Positions 56,416-63,542 of a stretch of 64,000 nucleotides of DNA are shown piece by piece. The stretch is from positions 1 to 64,000 of IMG/VR virus record IMGVR_UViG_3300037313_001869; one strand, written 5' to 3'. The position numbers and the translations under genes were made by a program. Under the pieces are notes generated by a model. The model worked only from the letters and a program-made list of their open reading frames with translations. It did not search any database and was not told the DNA's origin. Numbering within the stretch: position 1 is the stretch's first letter; every line of letters begins with the position of its first letter. This DNA comes from a virus. Lineage: Duplodnaviria > Caudoviricetes.

Positions 56416-57572
56416 TGCCCCCGCTTGGGTCCTGGGTTTATGAAGGGGTGTATGCCATCTCCCCCGAGGGCGCCGTTCGGTGCATCGTCAACGTCCGAGA
56501 CGACCGGTTCACCTCGGCGCCTCCGCTGACGTTCAGCTACGACCGTCGAACGCACCCGATGCTGGAGGCGGCCCGCTGGACGCCGCTCACCGCTTTCGAG
56601 GCCGAGGTCATTCGGGGCCTGTCATTTGGGCGGCATGTTCACTACAGCAACATGCCCCAAGGGGTGGGAGCCACCTTCGATCCGGTCGCTCGGATCGAGG
56701 GGGAGCTTCCGCCCTGGTACGTCGTCGGTGGCCGGTGCAGGGTGCGCGGCGACAGCCTGATGACCTACACCCTCTTCGATGCCGGTCGATCCCAGATGGC
56801 CTTTCGAGAGAACGCTGGGCCCGGGCGACTCTTTCAGTGCTCGGCGCCGGGGGCCATCCGGCTGTTCGAGGCGGTACCTGGCCCCTGGGAACGTCCCGCT
56901 ACCGAGCCCCTCTACGCGATCTCTTGGCAGAGGACTCCGCCCCCGCCCGACCCTCCGCCTGCAAACGAGCTTCTCCGGGTTGCCGACGAGGTCACCCATG
57001 TGACGAGGAAGATCCGCGTGGCGTTTGGGGTCGGGGACGACGAGAAAGAGGGGGTCACGTTGGAAGCCGAAACCGTAGCCCCGCATCCGAACTCGCCCTT
57101 TTTCAAGGGGGCGATTGTGCTAAACGACAAGGGCTACGCCTACAAGGTCGAAAACGTCGAGGTCGAGAATGGCACGCCTTCGGCCATTCTCATGTGGGAC
57201 CTCGACCGGTCTTCACTGCCCCATGCCCGGCCCTACTCGCGTCGCTACCCAATCCCTGTCCCGCTCACCTGGGCTGCGGACATGCCCGTTCCCGCGGGGC
57301 TGACCGAGGAAGACTGCTCGCTCTTCGACGAGTTGAAGACGGGGCAGGTTCTCGTGGACCTCGACTCGCGGCGTATTCTCGTGGTCGTCGGATTCCTGGT
57401 GACGGGTGACGAGAACCGGAAGACGCATTTTCTGATCGAGGAGGCAACGAAGGGCCCCGGAGAATCCAATCCCTTTCAGGTGGCCTCTGAGCCGGTTCGT
57501 TCCCGGTGGGTCGCACTTGGGCCCCATCGCAAGCCCCCGTCTCGGTTCGACCGCCTTGGGGAAGACCTCTGA
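56415..57572 (+). CDS. family E multi-domain protein, RF tag
   Basis: LPPWYVVG; ends PSRFDRLGEDL*. Confidence 0.8.
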   Translation: MPPLGSWVYEGVYAISPEGAVRCIVNVRDDRFTSAPPLTFSYDRRTHPMLEAARWTPLTAFEAEVIRGLSFGRHVHYSNMPQGVGATFDPVARIEGELPPWYVVGGRCRVRGDSLMTYTLFDAGRSQMAFRENAGPGRLFQCSAPGAIRLFEAVPGPWERPATEPLYAISWQRTPPPPDPPPANELLRVADEVTHVTRKIRVAFGVGDDEKEGVTLEAETVAPHPNSPFFKGAIVLNDKGYAYKVENVEVENGTPSAILMWDLDRSSLPHARPYSRRYPIPVPLTWAADMPVPAGLTEEDCSLFDELKTGQVLVDLDSRRILVVVGFLVTGDENRKTHFLIEEATKGPGESNPFQVASEPVRSRWVALGPHRKPPSRFDRLGEDL

Positions 57573-57955
57573 TGGAGACCCCGCTCCGTATCGGTTCGCT
57601 TCTCAAGCACAAGCAGTCCGGCGATGCCTACCTTGTGAAGGCCATCTCTGGCGTGGGTAGCTACCAGGTCGAGCGGCAAGACCCGATGCGGACGCGCTAC
57701 TGGTACCAAGTATCCCAGATCCCCGAATACTTCGAGATCATCCCCGACCCGCCTCCGTGGCTCAAGACCGGGGCGAAGATCATCGACCAGAGCAACAACC
57801 TCTTCGTGGTGAACGCGGTTCTCGGGCGACGGGTCGTTCTGCGAAGGTCTGCCGGGCGAGACGGACTTGGGGAGCTTGTCGAGACTACGCTCGACGATGT
57901 GGTGAAGGACTGCCGGCCCGTCGACTTCCGCCCTACCCGTTTCGATCGCATCTAG
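57572..57955 (+). CDS. family E protein, RF tag
   Basis: PPPWLKTG; ends PTRFDRI*. Confidence 0.85.
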   Translation: METPLRIGSLLKHKQSGDAYLVKAISGVGSYQVERQDPMRTRYWYQVSQIPEYFEIIPDPPPWLKTGAKIIDQSNNLFVVNAVLGRRVVLRRSAGRDGLGELVETTLDDVVKDCRPVDFRPTRFDRI

Positions 57956-57981
57956 CCGCTTTTGGTGTAGAGAGCTGGGCT

Positions 57982-59166
57982 ATGACACAACCGGCTACCA
58001 AGCAAAAAGCTCTCACCCCTGCTCCTCCCTGGTGGAATCACTCGCTTCTGCCGAGGCAGAACGTGATGAAGACCGGTCCCCTCGCCATGCTCCTTGGCTT
58101 CGCCGTCGCCCGCGGCGAGACGGTCTACACGGGCTCGTGCCGCGGGGTGCTCGAAGACAGTGATGAGGAGGGGCAGAAGGCGTTTCAGGACGACCTCTGC
58201 AAGATCGCAAAGGACTCCTCGGTCGTGCTCGTGGGCGGCCCGCTCTTCGGCCGTGGGGCCTACGAGACGTGGATCACCTGGGAGCGGGGCGCCATCACCC
58301 TCGAACTCGGGATGGACGGCAAGGTCAACCTGAACCTCGCGACGCTCGACGAGGACATCTACATGAAGCTCGCCGAGACCATCGGAGAGCACATGCTCCC
58401 CGAGGCGACGCGGCAGCCGGTCTACACGCTCGCGCAGGTCAACGGCGAGATGACCGTGGCCGAGCTGGGGCTCGCGGGGGCTCCGCTCGAAGCGGGTAAC
58501 TACGCCCCCGAAATCGTCGAAGACTTCAATTTCATCGTGCAGGACCTCGGCGAGAGCGTGCCGACCGGGCGCCTCGTGATCCTCGACGGCCCGCCGGGGA
58601 CGGGCAAGACCTACCTCATCCGGGGCCTCATCAACGAGGTGCTCGACGCGGTCTTCGTCGTCGTCCCGCCGCACTTCCTCCACCAGCTCACCGACCCCTC
58701 GTTCGTGCCGATGCTCCTCAAAGCCCGGGCGAACGCCGGCTCGGACAAGCCCATCGTGCTCATCCTCGAAGACGCCGATGACGCCATCCGGCTTCGCAAG
58801 GACCGCGGCAAGAACAACCAGATCGCGGCGCTCCTGAACCTCTCCGACGGCCTCATCGGCCAGGCGCTCGATCTCCGCATCGTGGCCTCGACCAACCGCA
58901 GCGTCGCCGAGATCGACCCTGCCCTTCGCCGCCCGGGGCGGCTTCTGCGGCACATGATCGTGGGCCCTCTCTCGCCCGAGCAGGCGAGCGAGGTCTACGA
59001 GCGGATCTCCGAGGGCGAAGAGGTCGAGTTCGAGGGCCCGACCACCCTCGCTCAGGTCTACGCCCACTTCAAGGGCCTCCAGCTTCTCGACGACCAGGAG
59101 GACGAAGACGAGGAGGACCTCGACGAAGATGAGGACGACGAAGATGAGGACGACGAGGACGACTTA
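57982..59166 (+). CDS. AAA+ ATPase with acidic tail (ends at TTA)
   Basis: GPPGTGKT, ILEDAD, STN, RPGR; poly-D/E tail then TTA GCC ATG. Confidence 0.85.
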
Positions 59167-59169
59167 GCC

Positions 59170-59562
59170 ATGGCGTCGTACACGGTCGCGCAGGTCTACA
59201 CGCACGAGGTAGCCGCCTGGGTCACCCTCCTTACGGCCCAGGCCGTCCCGGGGCTGCTCGAAGGGCTTCTCAAGAAGGACTACGAAGTTGCCTCCCTCTC
59301 CGAGACCCTGACCCTTCGGAGTGAGGTGAGCGCGGTCGTGGGCTTGTGGATCAAGCGTAAGGAGTCGACTGCCACGCTCGACCCCTACAAGGTCCGGGAC
59401 GATATCCAGCAAGTCTTGAATGAGGCCCGCTCGACCTTCTTCTCGATCGTCGTGGCGCACATTGGAGGGGCCGGCTGGACCGGGTCGAACCTCATCCTGC
59501 TCAAAGAGGCCCCACCCCCTCCTCCGGACGAAGACGAAGAGCCCCCGCCCCAGCTTCACTGA
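59170..59562 (+). CDS. hypothetical protein
   Basis: ATG 3 nt after TTA, GAGGA upstream; fused to the ATPase only under the standard code. Confidence 0.7.
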   Translation: MASYTVAQVYTHEVAAWVTLLTAQAVPGLLEGLLKKDYEVASLSETLTLRSEVSAVVGLWIKRKESTATLDPYKVRDDIQQVLNEARSTFFSIVVAHIGGAGWTGSNLILLKEAPPPPPDEDEEPPPQLH

Positions 59563-59840
59563 TGCGCCCCCTTAGTCCCTTTGCGATCGGACGGCGCTGG
59601 TACTCCGAACGGCCGCCCGAGGAGCGGAAACCCAACTTCGAGTTTGTGATCGTCGGTCCGGGATCGAAGCTTTACACGAAGCTCTGCCGGATCGAGATCA
59701 GCGACGAGGAGATGGCCCGCTTCCCCGAGTATTACACAGGGCAAAACGGCAACGGCACGGTCCAGGAGTATTCCCACAAGCACCTGCGGAAGTACGCAAG
59801 GCTCGTCCGGGACCGGTTCGAGAGGGTCGACGACGAATAG
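59562..59840 (+). CDS. hypothetical protein, RF tag
   Basis: TGATG coupling; DRFERVDDE*. Confidence 0.8.
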   Translation: MRPLSPFAIGRRWYSERPPEERKPNFEFVIVGPGSKLYTKLCRIEISDEEMARFPEYYTGQNGNGTVQEYSHKHLRKYARLVRDRFERVDDE

Positions 59841-59877
59841 AAAAGGCCCCGAGCGTTCTAGCGCCCGGGGCCTTTTC
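59840..59877. terminator. bidirectional intrinsic terminator
   Basis: GAAAAGGCCCCG..CGGGGCCTTTTC between convergent genes. Confidence 0.8.
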
Positions 59878-59896
59878 GCGTCTCTCGGAGAGAGGC

Positions 59897-60970
59897 TCAG
59901 TCGTTGACCAGGAAGGTCACCTTCTTGACGGCCATCCACTTGGTGCCCGGCCGGCCCGTCTCGGGGTTGCCCTTGCACACGAGCGAGGTCATGTCCCCCT
60001 CGACTTCCCGGCCCATGTTCTGATCGAGCTGCCGGCGCATGTTGAAGTCGTTCTTCACGGCGAAGGTGAGCTGCACCACGGTACCCGCCTTGGTGCGGAC
60101 CGGCAGGTCCATCTCCCCGGCCACGGTCTTGCCCATGCCGCCCCGCGCACGTTCGACGGCCGCCTTGATCTTGCCCACGATCTGGGTCATCGACAGGTCC
60201 ACGCCCTTGTCCATCGACGACTCGAACGAGACGAGCGCGTTGAGGATCTCCTTCGGCCCCACCTTCTTGGCCGGGGCGCCGCTCTTCACCGTGGCCGACC
60301 GGATCGCGTCCTGGAGGCTGATGCAGCCGTTCATCAGGTTGGTCACGAACGGGCGCAGGGGCCAGGAGTCGGGGTGCTTGCCCATGATGAGCTTGTGCGT
60401 CTTCACCGCCACGGCGAGCGCGTCCCTGTCATCCGACGACTGGGCGAGCTGCCTCAGGGTGATGAGGGTCTGGTCGAGACCGCGCTGCATCGACTTCACG
60501 AGGTCCGCCGGGAAGTCCTTGCGGAACTCTTCGAGGTCGTCGATGGCTTCGTCGAGGTCGCTGCTGTCGACGAGGAAGATCCGGCCCGGGGTCGTCCGGG
60601 TCTCCTGGAACACCTTGTCTCGCAGACCCATGAGGTACTGAAGCTCGACCGAGACCGTCTCGATGTCGTCGAACGTGAACATCTCCGACGACTCGATCCG
60701 AGACCCCAGCTCCGCCGCTTGCGATTGCAGAAGAAGAGCCTTCGGAGGCACTTCGTTGCCCCTGTCCTGGTGGTCTTCGACCTCGTCGGTGAGGGTGCTC
60801 AGGAAGCGCTTGTAGCTCTTTTCGAGGTTGTCCAGATGGGTGAAGAGCTTCGCGACGCTCTCGCACTGCTTCTGGATGTTCATGAGCGAGAGCATCACCT
60901 GTCGGGCTTCGCCCCCTTCTTGGAAGGACCGAACCGAGCGAGAAGACGTGCGATCGTAGCTGTAGGCCAT
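59897..60970 (-). CDS. hypothetical helical protein, possible virion protein
   Basis: 357 aa; begins MAYSYDRT. Confidence 0.85.
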   Translation of the reverse strand: MAYSYDRTSSRSVRSFQEGGEARQVMLSLMNIQKQCESVAKLFTHLDNLEKSYKRFLSTLTDEVEDHQDRGNEVPPKALLLQSQAAELGSRIESSEMFTFDDIETVSVELQYLMGLRDKVFQETRTTPGRIFLVDSSDLDEAIDDLEEFRKDFPADLVKSMQRGLDQTLITLRQLAQSSDDRDALAVAVKTHKLIMGKHPDSWPLRPFVTNLMNGCISLQDAIRSATVKSGAPAKKVGPKEILNALVSFESSMDKGVDLSMTQIVGKIKAAVERARGGMGKTVAGEMDLPVRTKAGTVVQLTFAVKNDFNMRRQLDQNMGREVEGDMTSLVCKGNPETGRPGTKWMAVKKVTFLVND

Positions 60971-61029
60971 CGGGTTCCTGAGCGCAGGGGGGAAGGTCTA
61001 GGTACCCAGGCCCGGTGTATAAGAAGCCT

Positions 61030-61413
61030 ATGGCAAACGCCCAAACCTCCCATCAAGAGTGCATCGCCCTCCTCAACCTTCTTCGGGACGCAATCCACGA
61101 CAACGCCCGAGCCAAGGGCTTTCAGGACCCGCCCCAGGACCTTCAGACGATGGGCATGAACACCATCGGCGAGATCCTGGAGCAGTGGGAGTCGTACCGG
61201 GCCGGCACGCTCGACCAACCGTGCGACAAGACCGAGAAGATGATGGCCCTCTTCGGCGAGACCCTGACCAACCAGGAAGAAGAGGCGGCCGATCAGCTCA
61301 TCCGAGTGCTCGACATGTGCGGCCGGTTCGGCATCGACATCAGCCGAGCCGTTCGGGTGAAGATGGCCTACAACAGCACCCGACCTCAGCGCCACGGGGG
61401 CAAGCGAGCCTGA
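61030..61413 (+). CDS. MazG-like nucleotide pyrophosphohydrolase
   Basis: GEILE..E, EEEAAD..IRVLD, KMAYN..RP..HGGK. Confidence 0.8.
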   Translation: MANAQTSHQECIALLNLLRDAIHDNARAKGFQDPPQDLQTMGMNTIGEILEQWESYRAGTLDQPCDKTEKMMALFGETLTNQEEEAADQLIRVLDMCGRFGIDISRAVRVKMAYNSTRPQRHGGKRA

Positions 61414-61432
61414 CTCCGGTGTAGAAGAGCGG

Positions 61433-61545
61433 GACGGCCCGCGAGTAAGCCCTCCGGGTTAGGGACCACTGTGCTCACCTCTGTGGATGGTCCCCTGGGG
61501 GTCGGCCGGCTGGCCCGGAGGGCTTTTTCGCGGGCCGTCTTGTTT
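61433..61545 (+). ncRNA. candidate structured small RNA (~110 nt)
   Basis: GGTGTA at 61418 with no ORF; nested perfect stems 61433-44/61528-39, 61447-58/61514-25, 61462-68/61488-94. Confidence 0.6.
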
Positions 61546-61852
61546 AGAACGGCACGTCGGCAAGATCGTAGGAACCGTCGGACCGAGCCTCCGCGGGGCC
61601 CTCGTTCATGATGGCCTCGCGCTCGTCCCGGTCCACCCGCCAGTCGGGACCGTACATGTAATCCCAGAACTTCTCGATGCTCCCACACCGTCCCGATCCG
61701 CGACGGTGTGGGAAGTGGTACCGGGAGCAGAAGCACGGTTTGCGGTCTTCCCGGACTTTCCGCATCCACCGGCAGAGAGGCCGCGCCGGCCGGCAGCCTG
61801 AGACGTGCTTCGTGGGTCGGCAGAGTATCCGGGAGATCGGGCGGCGAGCCAT
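61544..61852 (-). CDS. Cys/His-rich phage protein
   Basis: CFC..YHFPHR.GSG.C. Confidence 0.7.
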   Translation of the reverse strand: MARRPISRILCRPTKHVSGCRPARPLCRWMRKVREDRKPCFCSRYHFPHRRGSGRCGSIEKFWDYMYGPDWRVDRDEREAIMNEGPAEARSDGSYDLADVPF

Positions 61853-61892
61853 GCTTACTAGACCCCGAAAAGAACTCTCGCGAGGAGAAAAC

Positions 61893-62240
61893 ATGTTCGA
61901 CGAAGAACCCGAAGTGCGGACGTTCCTTCCGAGCGCCGAGGTCAAGGCCGAGGTCCTGCGCCAGCTCGCCGAGTTCGAGGCGCTCTACCGGACCCCGAAT
62001 CCTTGGATGAAAGAGGGCCAGCCGGTCCGGCACAAGCTCTATGAGCGTTACGGCGTCATCGCGGCCGTGGGCAACCTCGGATGCCGGATCGACAAGCTCG
62101 TCTACCGGGGAGAGAGGGGGCTTTTCGATCCGCCCTTTGCTCTCTCCGTCTCGCTCGCCGAGGTAGCTATCTGCTGGGAGCCCTACGACCCTTCGGAGCT
62201 GGGCTCGCGGTTCGACAAAGCCTGCCGCGACGGCCTCTTA
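61893..62240 (+). CDS. family E protein, RF tag (ends at TTA)
   Basis: GAGGAG SD; NPWMKEG; SRFDKACRDGL then TTA, complement of the convergent TAA. Confidence 0.75.
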
Positions 62241-62492
62241 GTCCTTGCGGCCGGCCAGGTACTCGAACGCTTCGCGCGAGAAGTCGATCATCTTGGCGAT
62301 GGCCTCGACCCGGGCCTCGTCCGAAGGTGGCTGGGTCTGCCAAGAGGCAAAGAGCCCAGCGAGGGCAAGAGCCCGGCCAGCGAGGTAATCCCCTCGGGCT
62401 GAGTGACGATCGCTCAGCCGATGGGCCAGCTCCTCGGCGCTCGTCCGAAAGAGATCGAACGAACGAGATGGTCGGTTCGAGTCCACGTTCAC
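62238..62492 (-). CDS. small hypothetical protein
   Basis: Ends TAA; start uncertain. Confidence 0.6.
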   Translation of the reverse strand: MNVDSNRPSRSFDLFRTSAEELAHRLSDRHSARGDYLAGRALALAGLFASWQTQPPSDEARVEAIAKMIDFSREAFEYLAGRKD

Positions 62493-62529
62493 CTGAACTG
62501 CATGAGTGCTTTCGGTGTAAGCACCTCTC

Positions 62530-62823
62530 GTGCCCCCCACCGATCGATCCAAGCTCTCCGCCCTTCTCGACTCGCAAAAGCTGACGCCCGACGAGGAGCG
62601 GGCGTTTCGCGACATGATGGACCAGCTTGAAGCTGGCGGCGTGGCGCGGCTCTCGACCAAACAGCGGGAGTGGGTCGACCGCGTCTACCACAAGCTCCAG
62701 CTCGACGCCGAGGAGGGGTCAGCGAACCTCTTCTCCTCGGGCAAGGTCAAGAAGACCGGCAAGGAGACGGTCTACCCCTGGGAAACGGGGCCCAAGCCGC
62801 TCAAGCCGCCGGGCCGGTCTTGA
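62530..62823 (+). CDS. hypothetical phage protein
   Basis: GGTGTA at 62514; E..AF..M..LS.KQ..W..PLKPPG. Confidence 0.8.
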   Translation: MPPTDRSKLSALLDSQKLTPDEERAFRDMMDQLEAGGVARLSTKQREWVDRVYHKLQLDAEEGSANLFSSGKVKKTGKETVYPWETGPKPLKPPGRS

Positions 62824-63031
62824 TCGCCTGCATCATGCGCTGGGACATGCTCTCGATCCGCTTGGTCAGGGCAGCCATGACCCCGTCGAGATCCCCTTCC
62901 GCCTCGGCGAGCACCACCCCCGCGACCTGAACCGACCCCGTGTAGAGCCCGCCCTCCTTGCCATGGAGCCGAAGTTCTGCTTGCGGGGTGATGGCTCGGA
63001 TGGCTTCGCACAGGCGTGAGAGAGAGTACAT
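62801..63031 (-). CDS. small hypothetical protein
   Basis: AAGGAG SD; MYSLSRLCEAIR. Confidence 0.7.
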   Translation of the reverse strand: MYSLSRLCEAIRAITPQAELRLHGKEGGLYTGSVQVAGVVLAEAEGDLDGVMAALTKRIESMSQRMMQAIKTGPAA

Positions 63032-63101
63032 GCTTGCTCCTTTTCCCGGGGGTCTGCTGATAAGTGCCTTCCCCGCCGGGAAAACCCTACCATCTTGACA
63101 A

Positions 63102-63542
63102 ATGGAAGTCATGCCTGACTCGAACTCTCCCCCAGCGCCCCCGACGGTACCCCTGGACGAGCCCATCGAAGCATCGTGGGCCACGGCCAAGCAGAGCAAG
63201 GTTCCGCACCTCGACCGTGAGGCGCTGAAGAAGTTCGTGCTCGACTTTCTCGACGGGCGCATCTTCGTGAGCGCGGAAGTCCGGGAGATGTCGCTCTTGC
63301 CGAACATCTTCATGCCCATTGCCTTCGGTGCCCTCGCGGGCTTTACCGAGGAGGACACGAAGGAGGTGGGACTGATCTGGGAGTACCTCGACCGGGCCGG
63401 ACCCCGGGCCATCAACGGCTACCCGATCTTCTCGTCGTGCCGCATCATGCACCGGGACGACTGGGAGAAAGCACACGCAGCCATCAGCAAGGAGATCGAC
63501 CGGCGCAAGGCCGCCGAGGCATCGATCCTGGAGGACCTTTTA
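63102..63542 (+). CDS. conserved hypothetical protein (ends at TTA 63540 or TGA 63560)
   Basis: IFMP..FG, WEY..AGPRAINGYPIF.S. Confidence 0.8.

Noticed and set aside
59089-59163. GACGAG/GAAGAT low-complexity repeat
   Set aside because: Encodes the acidic tail of the AAA+ ATPase
61433-61545. tRNA gene
   Set aside because: No cloverleaf, T-loop or CCA; kept as an unclassified RNA candidate
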